From positions 1 through 50,230 of the forward strand of contig CAYLNP010000002.1 in assembly GCA_964384925.1 (NCBI GenBank): a stretch of DNA of 50,230 nucleotides, read 5' to 3'. Origin of the DNA: an uncultured Woeseiaceae bacterium (GTDB taxonomy: Bacteria; Pseudomonadota; Gammaproteobacteria; Steroidobacterales; PWYM01). Made by a program: the position numbers and the translations under genes. This document shows positions 17,550 through 27,108 of the stretch, one piece after another; positions within the stretch are counted from its first letter, which is position 1; each line of letters opens with the position of its first letter. The notes beneath the pieces are model-generated. The model searched no databases. It was not told where the DNA came from and saw nothing but the letters and a program-made list of their open reading frames with translations.

Positions 17550-18565
17550 CCGCCGGCGCTCGTCGCCGGCACTCTGCGCAGCGTGATGTTGAGGTTGACG
17601 AGCGCAAGGAGCAGCAATGCCGCCATGCCATTGTGTGCCGCGGCCAGAGACAGCGGCAGTCCCAGCACGACGATGAGGATGCCGATCGTCAGCTGGGCAG
17701 CCAGCGCCAGCGACATGAGCCCGGCCGCTGTGTGGACGCGCCGGTCAGGGCTGCCCCGCCAGGCGCTGATCGCCAGCCAGACCAGCACCGTCGAGGCCAC
17801 GACAGCACCCATGCGATGAGTCATGTGGATGGCGGTGTTTGCTTCACCGTCGAGCACGCCGTGCTCGTAGTCCACACCCAACCCGCGCCACATCACGAAG
17901 GCTTCGGCGAAATCCATCTCGGGCCACCACTGTGCCTGACACGTCGGAAAATCCGGGCAGGCCAGTGCGGCATAGTTCGTGCTGGTCCAGCCGCCAAGGG
18001 CGATCTGCACCACCAGCACCGCCACTGCCGCGCCGGCCAGGCGGCGAAGGCCCCGCTGCGCCGGTACATCCCGCTGTTGCAGCCCGGGCATGCGCGCAAG
18101 CAGGAACAGCAGCGTCAGCGTCGCCAGTCCGCCCAGCAGGTGCAGCATCACGATCAGCGGCTTGAGCAGCAGCGTCACCGTCCACATGCCCAGCAGCGAC
18201 TGGAAAATGATCAGCGCCAGCAGCGCAACCGGCAACACCACCGGCTGTCGCGCCTCGCGACGGTTGAACAGCGCGATCACGGCCATGGCCAGCACCATCA
18301 GTCCGAGGATGCCTGCGAGATAGCGGTGAATCATCTCGCGCCACGCAGCGCCCACATCCACGGCGCGATCAGGCCGGAAGGCCTCGGCGCGCAGCATCTC
18401 CTCCTCGGTCTGCGGAACAGTGAGCACGCCATAACAGCCTGGCCAGTCGGGGCAGCCGAGACCGGCGTCGGTGAGTCGGACCCAAGCCCCCAGCACGACC
18501 ACGCACAGGCACACCAGCGTGCCGATTCTTGCGAGCATGAAGAACGTATTGCGCATTGCGATCAT
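17546..18565 (-). CDS. ctaA: Heme A synthase (COX15/CtaA family)
   Basis: 339 aa. Reads [21 protein letters not shown]...HR...HM, with eight hydrophobic segments. It overlaps the cyoE start by 4 nt. Confidence 0.9.
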   Translation of the reverse strand: MIAMRNTFFMLARIGTLVCLCVVVLGAWVRLTDAGLGCPDWPGCYGVLTVPQTEEEMLRAEAFRPDRAVDVGAAWREMIHRYLAGILGLMVLAMAVIALFNRREARQPVVLPVALLALIIFQSLLGMWTVTLLLKPLIVMLHLLGGLATLTLLFLLARMPGLQQRDVPAQRGLRRLAGAAVAVLVVQIALGGWTSTNYAALACPDFPTCQAQWWPEMDFAEAFVMWRGLGVDYEHGVLDGEANTAIHMTHRMGAVVASTVLVWLAISAWRGSPDRRVHTAAGLMSLALAAQLTIGILIVVLGLPLSLAAAHNGMAALLLLALVNLNITLRRVPATSAGG

Positions 18566-19191
18566 CCTATCCTTGAGAGTCGCAGCAGCCGCTTCAGATC
18601 GTCATGAATGTCCCTGAGGGCCGTGCCTGCTTCGTAGCGCATCATCAGGTTGCCGTTGGGATCGACGATATAGACCCGGCCCGCGCGAAGCAGTGCCTCC
18701 GGTGAGTCGTCCTCGCCGGCAAACCGCGGCAACAATTCTGTCCTGGCGCGGGCGTCGTCGACGGACGCCGCAACCAGCCCGGCGTGCTCGCGGGTCAGCC
18801 AGTCGAGTGCCGGGGCCTCGCCGCTGTAGAGCAGCACGCCGCCGACGCGATTGCGGTCGCGTCCAAGCGCCAGGCGCAGCTGGCGCAGTTCAGCAAGCCT
18901 GTCGCGGCATGCCGTGTCGCACGGGCCGGGGGCCAGATACACCAGTGTCCATGTGCGTTCGAGGAACTCCGCGGAGGTCACGCCGCCCTGGGCGAGTGGC
19001 AAGGCAAGCTGCGGCAAGGGTCGCGGCGGCTGGATCAGCTCGCCCTTCTGCACACTGGCGCCGGGCCGTACCGTATCAAGGCCGTAGTACCAGTAGAACG
19101 AGATGCCCAGGGGTACGAAAAACAACGCCGCAAGGAAGATGAGCTTCCAGCGATGCCCGCCTGTTTCAGTCCTGACCGATTTTTCGTCCAC
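18562..19191 (-). CDS. Cox-cluster membrane-anchored thioredoxin-fold/SCO-like protein with a CxxxC motif
   Basis: 209 aa with one N-terminal TM (WKLIFLAALFFVPLGISFYWYY). It then reads WTLVYLAPGPCDTACRDRL...VYIVDPNGNLMMRY. It sits between SURF1 and ctaA, as in Pseudomonas-type cox clusters. Confidence 0.7.
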   Translation of the reverse strand: MDEKSVRTETGGHRWKLIFLAALFFVPLGISFYWYYGLDTVRPGASVQKGELIQPPRPLPQLALPLAQGGVTSAEFLERTWTLVYLAPGPCDTACRDRLAELRQLRLALGRDRNRVGGVLLYSGEAPALDWLTREHAGLVAASVDDARARTELLPRFAGEDDSPEALLRAGRVYIVDPNGNLMMRYEAGTALRDIHDDLKRLLRLSRIG

Positions 19192-19930
19192 GTCTCATGC
19201 CCAGAAAGTAGTAAATGACCAGCAACACGACCGCGAACGAAAACCACTGGAAGGCGTAGCCCACGTGTCGTTCAGGGGCCATGTTGACAAGTTCCCAGCG
19301 CCGGATGAAGCCATCGGGCGCCTGCGCCGAGAGTTGCAGCTGAAACACCGGCAGCGCTTCGCCCAGTGCCGCTTCGAGGGTTTCGCGCTCGGGGTAAAGA
19401 TAGCGTCGCGGCCACGGATCGGCCGGCGCGCCGGGGTCGTTCTGGCCCAGGCGCAGGCCCGGGCGGGGCAGATGATTGAGGCGCCCGGTCACGACACGCG
19501 GCGTTTGCGCAACCTCCAGCAGCGGCAGTTCACTGCGTGCCACATCCGCCTCTATCCAGCCCCGGTTGACAAGCACCAGCGTTGCGTCGCCTGCGAGTCG
19601 CAGCGGCGTGAGCACCTGGTAGCCCACGCGCCCGTCGTGGGTCATATTGTCCAGCAGAATCTGCCGCTCCGCCTCGTAAACGCCGCTCAGCGCCACCTGC
19701 CGGAACAGCCACTGCTCCTCCGGTGCGTCGACCGCCGGCAGCGTGCCGGCAGGCGCCAGGGCGTCTTCGCGGGCGGCCTGCGCCAGCAAAGCACGCTTTT
19801 CCGCCGCGCGTTCCAGCTGCCAGGCCCCGAGGCCCACGAACAGCGCAAGCCCCGCGAGCGTCGCCACCGTGGCCCACCAGGGCGGCAGCACCAGCCCTTT
19901 GAGTGGCGCGCTATAATTGCGGTCTTTCAT
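19166..19930 (-). CDS. SURF1 family cytochrome oxidase assembly protein
   Basis: 254 aa. Reads LGAWQLERAAEKRAL...VLVNRGWI...HVGYAFQWFSFAVVLLVIY. Confidence 0.9.
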   Translation of the reverse strand: MKDRNYSAPLKGLVLPPWWATVATLAGLALFVGLGAWQLERAAEKRALLAQAAREDALAPAGTLPAVDAPEEQWLFRQVALSGVYEAERQILLDNMTHDGRVGYQVLTPLRLAGDATLVLVNRGWIEADVARSELPLLEVAQTPRVVTGRLNHLPRPGLRLGQNDPGAPADPWPRRYLYPERETLEAALGEALPVFQLQLSAQAPDGFIRRWELVNMAPERHVGYAFQWFSFAVVLLVIYYFLGMRRGRKIGQD

Positions 19931-19944
19931 CGGCGCAACCGTGC

Positions 19945-20142
19945 ATGAAAATCGTGATCCTGCTGCTGCTGGCGGCCATCATCGTGAGCCTTGGCCTGGG
20001 CCTGTTCCATCTGGTCCGGGGCAGTGATTCGAAAAAGATGGTCAACGCCCTGACCGTGCGCATCGCACTGTCGGTGCTGCTGTTCGTGTCACTGTTCGTG
20101 GCGTGGATGACCGGCGCCTTGCAGCCACAGGGGCTTGGCTAG
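19945..20142 (+). CDS. Twin-transmembrane small protein (DUF2909-like) of cox clusters
   Basis: The internal ATG of ORF 19903-20142 gives 65 aa: MKIVILLLLAAIIVSLGLGLFHLVRGSDSKKMVNALTVRIALSVLLFVSLFVAWMTG. It has two TM helices and is divergent from SURF1. Confidence 0.75.
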   Translation: MKIVILLLLAAIIVSLGLGLFHLVRGSDSKKMVNALTVRIALSVLLFVSLFVAWMTGALQPQGLG

Positions 20143-20155
20143 CTGACGCCGGAAG

Positions 20156-20178
20156 AGGCGCCGCCGCTGCGCCTTTTT
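20156..20178 (+). terminator. Putative Rho-independent terminator after the DUF2909-like gene
   Basis: AGGCGC-CGCCGCT-GCGCCT hairpin followed by a T run (GCGCCTTTTTC), 14 nt after the stop at 20142. It lies between two convergent genes. Confidence 0.5.
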
Positions 20179-20224
20179 CATCGCCGCGACACCGGCGTGC
20201 CGCAGCACCGCTGACTGGTGCGCT

Positions 20225-21088
20225 CTAGAGCCAGTAGACGAACACGTACAGGCCCAGCCACACCACGTCCACGAAATGCCAGTACCAGGCTGTGGCTTCG
20301 AAGGCGAAATGCTGTTTCGGCGTGAAGTGCCCGCGCAGGCAACGCAGCCAGACCACCAGCAGCATGATCGCGCCCAGGCTGACGTGGAAGCCGTGAAAAC
20401 CGGTGAGCATGAAGAACGTCGAGCCGTAGATGCCGGTATCCAGCCGCAGGTTGTAGTCCTGATAGAGTTCCACGTACTCATAGGCCTGCAGGCCTACGAA
20501 AATCAGTCCCAGCAGCCATGTGGCTGCGAGGAAACCGATCAGGATGCCTCGATGGTTGTCGCGCAGGGCGTGGTGCGCGACGGTCAGTGTCACACCGGAG
20601 GTCAGCAGGATGGCGGTGTTGATGGCAGGCAGTCCCCACGGCCCGATCGGCGTGAACTCACCGCCCACGGCGGCAGGTCCGTCGGTCGGCCATGCAGGCT
20701 CGAAGCCTTCCCACAACAACAGGTTGGTGAAGAATCCCGTGCCCTCGCCGCCCAGCCACGGGACGGACAGGGTACGTGCATAGAACAGCGCGCCGAAGAA
20801 GGCCGCGAAGAACATGACTTCGGAAAAAATGAACCAGATCATGCCCTGGCGGAACGAACGGTCCACCTGAGCGTTGTAATAGCCCGCCACACTTTCGCGG
20901 ATGACTTCGGAAAACCAGCCGAAGAACATGAACAGCACGACGGCCAGCCCAAGCAGCGCCCCCCAGCCCCCGCCCGAGCCATTCAGCGCGTTGGCCGAGC
21001 CGAGCATGAGGGTGAACAGTCCGACCGAGCCGATGATCGGCCACCAGCTGCCATGCGGAACGTAGTACTTGCCTGTTGCGTGCGCCAT
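20225..21088 (-). CDS. coxC: Cytochrome c oxidase subunit III
   Basis: 287 aa. Reads HGSWWPIIGS...GFHGFHVSLGAIMLLV...TAWYWHFVDVVWLGLYVFVYW. Confidence 0.95.
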   Translation of the reverse strand: MAHATGKYYVPHGSWWPIIGSVGLFTLMLGSANALNGSGGGWGALLGLAVVLFMFFGWFSEVIRESVAGYYNAQVDRSFRQGMIWFIFSEVMFFAAFFGALFYARTLSVPWLGGEGTGFFTNLLLWEGFEPAWPTDGPAAVGGEFTPIGPWGLPAINTAILLTSGVTLTVAHHALRDNHRGILIGFLAATWLLGLIFVGLQAYEYVELYQDYNLRLDTGIYGSTFFMLTGFHGFHVSLGAIMLLVVWLRCLRGHFTPKQHFAFEATAWYWHFVDVVWLGLYVFVYWL

Positions 21089-21120
21089 CGGGATCTACAG
21101 TCCTTGAGTTGTCTGTTTTC

Positions 21121-21672
21121 TTATCTGTCCAGGCCAGCGACCGTCTGGCCCGCATAAAACGTGTACGAGAGCGTGACGCGATCCACGTGCCCCGGTAACT
21201 CCGGGTCGATGATGAACACCACCGGCATGTCGCGCTGCTCTTCGGGCAGGAATTCCTGCGGCGTGAAGCAGAAACACTCAGTCTTCTGAAAATGACGTGC
21301 CGCCGAGCCCGGCGCGACGCTCGGCAGCGCATGACCGGTCAGCCGAGCCGCGCTGCGATTGCGGGCGACGAAATGCGTCTGGTAGAGTCGGCCGGGATGC
21401 ACCTGCATCGATGTCACGGCGGGCTCGAAATCCCACGGCGCGAAGCCGCCGAGCGAGGCCACGAATTCCACCGTGACGGTCCTGGACTCATCAGGGCGCT
21501 CCGCCACGACGGCCGCCTGGGCACTGGTGCGGCCGCCCAGCCCGGTGACTTCGCAGAACGCGTCGTAGAGGGGCACGAGCGCAAAGCCGAAAGCGAACAT
21601 GCCGCCAGCCATCAGCAGCAGTCTGCCGATCAGCCCGCGGTTGCTGGTCTCGCCTGCGCCCGATTCACTCAT
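21121..21672 (-). CDS. ctaG: Cytochrome c oxidase assembly protein CtaG/Cox11
   Basis: 183 aa. Reads [16 protein letters not shown]...[12 protein letters not shown]. Confidence 0.95.
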   Translation of the reverse strand: MSESGAGETSNRGLIGRLLLMAGGMFAFGFALVPLYDAFCEVTGLGGRTSAQAAVVAERPDESRTVTVEFVASLGGFAPWDFEPAVTSMQVHPGRLYQTHFVARNRSAARLTGHALPSVAPGSAARHFQKTECFCFTPQEFLPEEQRDMPVVFIIDPELPGHVDRVTLSYTFYAGQTVAGLDR

Positions 21673-21687
21673 GCGTACACCTGGTGC

Positions 21688-21795
21688 TCACGCGCGTGTC
21701 ACCGCCATGACGATGAACGTGACATAGAAGGCCACGGCGAGCCCCGCCAGTATCAGCGCACTGGCGATGATCCTGCGCCGTTGGGGTGACGCCAC
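21688..21795 (-). CDS. Candidate cytochrome oxidase small assembly protein (35 aa, single TM)
   Basis: A GTG lies 5 nt after the coxA stop, in frame with ORF 21688-21885. It gives VASPQRRRIIASALILAGLAVAFYVTFIVMAVTRA, a basic N-terminus plus one TM. The position between coxA and ctaG matches known small cox ORFs. Confidence 0.5.
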   Translation of the reverse strand: MASPQRRRIIASALILAGLAVAFYVTFIVMAVTRA

Positions 21796-21800
21796 GGCGC

Positions 21801-23384
21801 TCACTTGACCTGCGGTGCCACATCGAAGGTGTGGTGCGGTGCCGGCGACGGCACAGTCCACTCCAGACCCGCCGGCGACTCCCACACCTCGGCCGTGGCC
21901 TTGGCGCCGCCGCGGATGGCCTTGAAGATGATGTAGACGAACATCAGCTGCGAGAACCCGAAGATGAACGCGCCGACACTCGACATCATGTTGAAGTTGG
22001 TGAACTGGGTCGCATAGTCAGGGATACGCCTGGGCATGCCGGCCAGGCCCAGAAAGTGCTGCGGGAAGAAGGTCACGTTGACCGAGATGGCGGTCAGCCA
22101 GAAGTGCACCTTGCCCATGGTTTCGTCGTACATGTGGCCGGTCCACTTCGGCAGCCAGTAATACACGCCGGCCATGATTGCGAACACCGCGCCGGGCACC
22201 AGCACATAGTGGAAATGTGCCACGACGAAGTAGGAGTCGTGGTACTGGTAGTCGGCCGGCACGATGGCGAGCATCAGTCCGGAAAACCCGCCGATCGTGA
22301 ACAGGAACAGAAACGCAATCGCGAACAGCATCGGCGTTTCGAAGGTCATGGCGCCGCGCCACATTGTCGCCGTCCAGTTGAACACCTTCACGCCCGTGGG
22401 CACCGCGATCAGCATGGTCGCGAACATGAAGAACAGCTGGCCTGCCAGTGGCATGCCCACCGTGAACATGTGATGCGCCCAGACGATGAACGACAGGAAG
22501 GCAATCGATGCGGTGGCATAGACCATCGCGTCGTAGCCGAACAGCGGCTTGCGGGCAAACGTCGGGATGATCTCCGAGACGATGCCGAAGGCCGGCAGGA
22601 TCATGATGTAGACCTCGGGATGCCCGAAGAACCAGAAGATATGCTGGAACATCACCGGGTCACCGCCGCCGGCGGCATGGAAGAACGTGGTACCGAAGAA
22701 CTGATCGGTGAGCAGCATGGTGACGGCACCGGCCAGCACCGGCATGACCGCGATGAGCAGGTAGGCTGTAATCAACCAGGTCCACGCGAACAGCGGCATC
22801 TTCAGCAGCGTCATGCCCGGAGCGCGCATGTTCATGATGGTCACGATCACGTTGATCGCCCCCATGATCGACGAGATTCCCATCAGATGGATGGCAAGGA
22901 TCACGAACGGCAGCGAGTCACCGGTCTGCTGCACCAGCGGCGGATACAGCGTCCAGCCGCCGGCCGGCGCGCCGCTGGCCATGAACAGCGTGGACAGCAG
23001 CAGCGTGAAGGCGAACGGGAGGATCCAGAACGAGAAATTGTTCATGCGCGGCAGCGCCATGTCCGGCGCGCCGATCTGCAGCGGGATCATCCAGTTCGCA
23101 AGCCCCACGAAGGCCGGCATGACCGCGCCGAAGATCATGATCAGCGCGTGCATGGTCGTCATCTGGTTGAAGAATTCCGGATTGACGTACTGCAGGCCGG
23201 GCTGAAACAGCTCCAGGCGAATGATCAGGGCCATCGAGCCGCCGACGAAGAACATCAGCAGTGCGAACAGCAGGTACAGCGTGCCGATGTCCTTGTGATT
23301 GGTCGTCGTCAGCCAGCGCATGATGCCCTTGGGGCTGTCATGGTGCGCTTCGTGTTCGGCGGTGTGCGTGGCGGTGTCACTCAT
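21801..23384 (-). CDS. ctaD: Cytochrome c oxidase subunit I
   Basis: 527 aa. Reads TTNHKDIGTLYL...WFFGHPEVYI...HHMF...VVAHFHYVL. Confidence 0.97.
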   Translation of the reverse strand: MSDTATHTAEHEAHHDSPKGIMRWLTTTNHKDIGTLYLLFALLMFFVGGSMALIIRLELFQPGLQYVNPEFFNQMTTMHALIMIFGAVMPAFVGLANWMIPLQIGAPDMALPRMNNFSFWILPFAFTLLLSTLFMASGAPAGGWTLYPPLVQQTGDSLPFVILAIHLMGISSIMGAINVIVTIMNMRAPGMTLLKMPLFAWTWLITAYLLIAVMPVLAGAVTMLLTDQFFGTTFFHAAGGGDPVMFQHIFWFFGHPEVYIMILPAFGIVSEIIPTFARKPLFGYDAMVYATASIAFLSFIVWAHHMFTVGMPLAGQLFFMFATMLIAVPTGVKVFNWTATMWRGAMTFETPMLFAIAFLFLFTIGGFSGLMLAIVPADYQYHDSYFVVAHFHYVLVPGAVFAIMAGVYYWLPKWTGHMYDETMGKVHFWLTAISVNVTFFPQHFLGLAGMPRRIPDYATQFTNFNMMSSVGAFIFGFSQLMFVYIIFKAIRGGAKATAEVWESPAGLEWTVPSPAPHHTFDVAPQVK

Positions 23385-23480
23385 CGCAAGGTTCTCCGTA
23401 TCGCCCGCCGGAAGCTCAACTCCGCTCGGGCAGTGTCCATCCCTAGAATCGCGTACCTGTGGCCTGTCGTGTCACCGGCA

Positions 23481-24329
23481 TCAGAGTTCCGCAGCAGCGA
23501 CCGGGCGATCGGCAAGATCGCCACGCTGTTCGGCCAGCCACGACTGGTAGTCCTCGGCGCTCCTGACATCGACCACGATCGGCATGAAACCGTGGTCGCG
23601 GCCGCACAACTCTGCACACTGTCCGCGATAGACGCCGATTTCGTTGGCCTGGAACCAGACCTCGTTGATGAAGCCCGGAATCGCATCCTTCTTGATCGCG
23701 AAGTCCGGAATCCACCACGCGTGGATGACATCCCCGGCGGTCAGCAGCAGGCGGACCTTCGCATCGACCGGTACGACCATGCGGTTGTCCACCTCAAGCA
23801 GATAATTCTCGATGCTGAATGGATCCACGCCGGAGCCAAGCTGCCGGGCGCGATCACTTTCCTGGTCCAGCCTGCTGAAGAAGCGGACATCCTCGTCGAG
23901 ATACTCGTATTCCCAGAGCCACTGGTATCCGGTGACCTTGATGGTCATGTCCGAGCCGCTGGTGTCTTCCATCTTCACCAGCGTCTCGGTGGCGGGCAGC
24001 GCCATGCCGATCAGGATCAGCACCGGAATCACAGTCCAGATGATCTCCACGCGTGTGCTGTGGGAGAACTTGCCCGGAGTGACGCCGCGCGACTTGCGGT
24101 GCTTGACGATCGCAAACAGCATGGCGCCGAACACGACGATACCGATGATCACGCAGACCCACAGGATCATCATGTGAACGCGATAGACATCTGCACTGAT
24201 GTCCGTTACGCCGATCGGCATGTTGAGCTGCCATTCGTTGGCGGTGGCCAGCGCGGGCGTCAAGCCTGCCGTCAGGCTCGCCAGCGCGGCGTAGATTCCT
24301 CGGCGGGAGGGGCTGCTGTGCTTCCTCAT
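23481..24329 (-). CDS. coxB: Cytochrome c oxidase subunit II (CuA; no fused cytochrome c domain)
   Basis: ORF 23481-24434. The start at MRKHSSPSRRG (24329) is preferred. CuA motif: VIHAWWIPDF...GQCAELCGRDHGFM. Confidence 0.95.
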   Translation of the reverse strand: MRKHSSPSRRGIYAALASLTAGLTPALATANEWQLNMPIGVTDISADVYRVHMMILWVCVIIGIVVFGAMLFAIVKHRKSRGVTPGKFSHSTRVEIIWTVIPVLILIGMALPATETLVKMEDTSGSDMTIKVTGYQWLWEYEYLDEDVRFFSRLDQESDRARQLGSGVDPFSIENYLLEVDNRMVVPVDAKVRLLLTAGDVIHAWWIPDFAIKKDAIPGFINEVWFQANEIGVYRGQCAELCGRDHGFMPIVVDVRSAEDYQSWLAEQRGDLADRPVAAAEL

Positions 24330-24430
24330 GGATACTCTCTGCGGCAATGATCGAAGGCAGCCAGGGCCGCCCGCGGAATAATCTAAGGACCCGGCGCGAC
24401 CTGCGGACGCTTCGGGGCCGGCATTGTATA

Positions 24431-24910
24431 TCAAAGCGTCATGTCCTTCCCGTGCACCAGCGGCGGATTTGCCGTGAGCAATTCGGTCAGGCGCGCCTGC
24501 AGGCTGGCGCGCTCCTCGTCGGTCAGGAAATCACCAATCTCGCATCCGCGGCCGCGCGCGCGGATCAGCAGCCGAGTCGGATGATGGCGGTGCACGGCAG
24601 GCTCGAGCCTGACACGCGTCCAGTATCGGGGGAATTCCATGCGCTCGTGGCGATTCAGCCGGTATTTCTCGACGACGACGCGCTGGTCCTCCAGCAGAAC
24701 CATGTCGCGCTGCCGGGACTTGCGCATGCTGTGCCACATCGCCCACCCCAGCAGGCCCAGTTCAAGGCCGGCAAACGGCAGCACCGTCCAGTACCCCTGG
24801 GCGAGGAATATCAGCGCGATGAACAGGGACGCGGCAGCGATCGAGCCGAGCACGATCAGCGCGCACTGCCAGGTGAGCGATGCGTTGGGGCTGAGATCTA
24901 TGCGGTGCAC
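24431..24910 (-). CDS. DUF2244 integral membrane protein (cox-cluster associated)
   Basis: The track ORF starts at a TTG (24916). The GTG at 24910 has AAGGAA 8 nt upstream and is preferred. Two TM helices, then LLEDQRVVVEK...RYWTRVRLE. Confidence 0.8.
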   Translation of the reverse strand: MHRIDLSPNASLTWQCALIVLGSIAAASLFIALIFLAQGYWTVLPFAGLELGLLGWAMWHSMRKSRQRDMVLLEDQRVVVEKYRLNRHERMEFPRYWTRVRLEPAVHRHHPTRLLIRARGRGCEIGDFLTDEERASLQARLTELLTANPPLVHGKDMTL

Positions 24911-25098
24911 GGACAAATTCCTTTTTGTCGTTGAGCACGTGGGCCGCCGCGTCCCCGAAACGCCGGCTTCATGCGTTCGAAGCTACGCCTCCCGACCGCG
25001 GCTTGCAACGCCTGTGCGCACCATAACCGCAGGGCAAACAAGCCGTTAGCGCGCAAGGCGTGCCTCGACCGACAGGTGGCGAACGCAACGCGCGCGGA

Positions 25099-26007
25099 TC
25101 AGCGCGGTGTGGAACCGGGGCCGCGGCGCAGGCTCGACAGCGGGATGCGCACCTCGCCTGCGGGTGACGCGGGTAAAGGGGCCCGGCCCCAGGCGTGCCC
25201 ATAGACGACTTCCAGCGTGGTCGGCAGTGTGCCCTCCCGCCGACGCGCCTCCAGACCGGTCAGCAGCCGTTCATGCCGACCGCGCCCGGTCAGCCCGCGC
25301 GGTCGCCCCTGCAGCGTATTGCCCGCGCCGGTCGCACGCAGATCCCGCCAGATCGAGGCGGATCGTTCATGGGTCACCGTCAGTGTTTCCGCATCCATGA
25401 CCGGTGCGGCGAGTCCGGCGCGCTGCAGCGCGTCGCCGAGGTCGTGCATGTCCATGAAGAGATTCACGTGAGGGGCAGCATCGACCTCGCGCCACGCGGT
25501 GCGCAGCTCGCGCAGCGTGTCGGGGCCGAAAGTGTTGAACAGCAGCAGCCCGCCCGGGCGCAGCACGCGGCGACACTCGGCGAGTACCGCTGTGGGGTCC
25601 GGGTGCCAGTGCAGCATCAGGCTGGAGAAGATCAGGTCGACGGTACCGGCGCGCAGGGGCAGGGCCCCGGCATCGCAGCACACCGCGTGCACGCGCCGGC
25701 GCAGGCGCCATGGCCGCTGTTTCACACACACGGCAAGCATCGCCGGCGACAGGTCGGCGGCGAGTACCTGTGCCCGCCGGTACTGCCGCGCGAGCGCGAA
25801 AGCCGCCTGCCCGGTGCCGCAGCCCATATCCACGATGCGCTCGGGTTCCAGCACGATCAGCTCGAGCCGCTCCAGCAGCCGCTCGCGCAGTGTCGGCTCG
25901 ATGAACGCGTGCCGGTCGAAGTCGGCGGCCCTGCGGTCGAACCCGCGCCGGACGCGCTCGAGTTCGGGCAGCAGGGCGGCCGGCAGGCCGCGGGCATCGG
26001 TGTCCAT
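25099..26007 (-). CDS. bioC: Malonyl-ACP O-methyltransferase BioC (class I SAM methyltransferase)
   Basis: 302 aa. Reads VDMGCGTGQAA...DLSPAML...LIFSSLMLHW...LRPGGLLLFNTFGPDTLRELR. It lies directly downstream of bioB. Confidence 0.85.
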   Translation of the reverse strand: MDTDARGLPAALLPELERVRRGFDRRAADFDRHAFIEPTLRERLLERLELIVLEPERIVDMGCGTGQAAFALARQYRRAQVLAADLSPAMLAVCVKQRPWRLRRRVHAVCCDAGALPLRAGTVDLIFSSLMLHWHPDPTAVLAECRRVLRPGGLLLFNTFGPDTLRELRTAWREVDAAPHVNLFMDMHDLGDALQRAGLAAPVMDAETLTVTHERSASIWRDLRATGAGNTLQGRPRGLTGRGRHERLLTGLEARRREGTLPTTLEVVYGHAWGRAPLPASPAGEVRIPLSSLRRGPGSTPR

Positions 26008-26044
26008 GCGGCGAGCTTACCCAAACCGCGCGCTTGCCATCACC

Positions 26045-27055
26045 TCAGGCTGTTGCGGCGGCCTGCGGGTGCTCGGTGTCGATACCCAGACGCTGCAGCA
26101 ACTGCATGTCACGATCGGCGTCGGGATTCGGCGTGGTGAGCAGCCGCTCGCCGTAGAAGATCGAATTCGCACCCGCCAGAAACGCCAGCGCCTGCGTCTC
26201 GTCGCTCATGTCGGTCCGCCCGGCGGAGAGTCGAATGCGGCTGGCGGGCATCAGGATTCTCGCCACGGCGATGGTTCGAACGAACTCCAGGGGATCCAGC
26301 GCGGGCGCATCGGCCAGCGGCGTGCCTTCGACGCGCACCAGGTGATTGATCGGCACGCTCTCTGGATGGGTGTCGAGGTTCGCCAGGGTACGCAGCAGTT
26401 CGGCGCGATCCGAGCGGGTCTCGCCCATGCCGACGATGCCGCCGCAGCACACCTTCAGGCCGGCGCTGCGCACCTGCTCCAGCGTATCGAGCCGGTCTGC
26501 GTAGCTGCGGGTGGTGATGATCTGTGCGTAGTAGCGCTCGGAGGTATCGAGATTGTGATTGTAGTAGTCCAGTCCGGCCGCCTTGAGTGTACGTGCCTGA
26601 TCGCCGCTGAGCATGCCCAGGGTCGCGCAGGTTTCCAGTCCCAGCGCCTTGACCTCGCGGACCATCTCGGCGATGGCCTCGAGCTGTGCGGGACGCGGTG
26701 AGCGGTAGGCCGCGCCCATGCAGAAGCGGGTGGCGCCGTGCGCACGTGCCGTGCGCGCCGCGCTGACCACTGCCTCCAGCGGGGCCAGCCGCTCGGGGCT
26801 CAGGCCGGTATCGAAATGCACGCTCTGCGGGCAGTAGGCGCAGTCCTCGGGGCAGGCCCCGGTCTTGATCGACAGCAGTGTGCTGATCTGCATGTCGCCG
26901 GCCGGGAAGCGCTCGCGGTGTATCGCGCGCGCGCGATCGAGCAGCGCGATGAACGGTAGCGCAAACAGCGCCTCCACCTCTGTGGCCGACCAGTCGTGGC
27001 GCAGCGCAGTCGTTGCGCGCGAATCTTCGACAACGGCGTGGTTTTCGTGCTTCAC
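26045..27055 (-). CDS. bioB: Biotin synthase
   Basis: 336 aa. Radical SAM motif [13 protein letters not shown], then [12 protein letters not shown]...NHNLDTS. GTG start with GGGAG upstream. Confidence 0.95.
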   Translation of the reverse strand: MKHENHAVVEDSRATTALRHDWSATEVEALFALPFIALLDRARAIHRERFPAGDMQISTLLSIKTGACPEDCAYCPQSVHFDTGLSPERLAPLEAVVSAARTARAHGATRFCMGAAYRSPRPAQLEAIAEMVREVKALGLETCATLGMLSGDQARTLKAAGLDYYNHNLDTSERYYAQIITTRSYADRLDTLEQVRSAGLKVCCGGIVGMGETRSDRAELLRTLANLDTHPESVPINHLVRVEGTPLADAPALDPLEFVRTIAVARILMPASRIRLSAGRTDMSDETQALAFLAGANSIFYGERLLTTPNPDADRDMQLLQRLGIDTEHPQAAATA

Positions 27056-27108
27056 GTGTAAGGCTCCCGAGGGTGATGCTCGGGGCCGGAGTATTCGCAG
27101 GGGCCCGC

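Noticed and set aside
21786-24350. An 854-aa plus-strand ORF antisense to coxA and coxB.
   Set aside because: Same reasoning. Its composition is dominated by R, H, D, G and Q, while the opposite strand encodes unmistakable oxidase subunits.
24911-24916. The TTG start of the DUF2244 ORF as given in the ORF track.
   Set aside because: AAGGAA lies only about 2 nt upstream of the TTG but 8 nt upstream of the in-frame GTG at 24910. I therefore moved the start two codons downstream.
26273-26281. A tRNA T-loop-like GGTTCGAAC.
   Set aside because: It lies inside the bioB coding frame and has no surrounding cloverleaf complementarity. I found no tRNA gene in the window.
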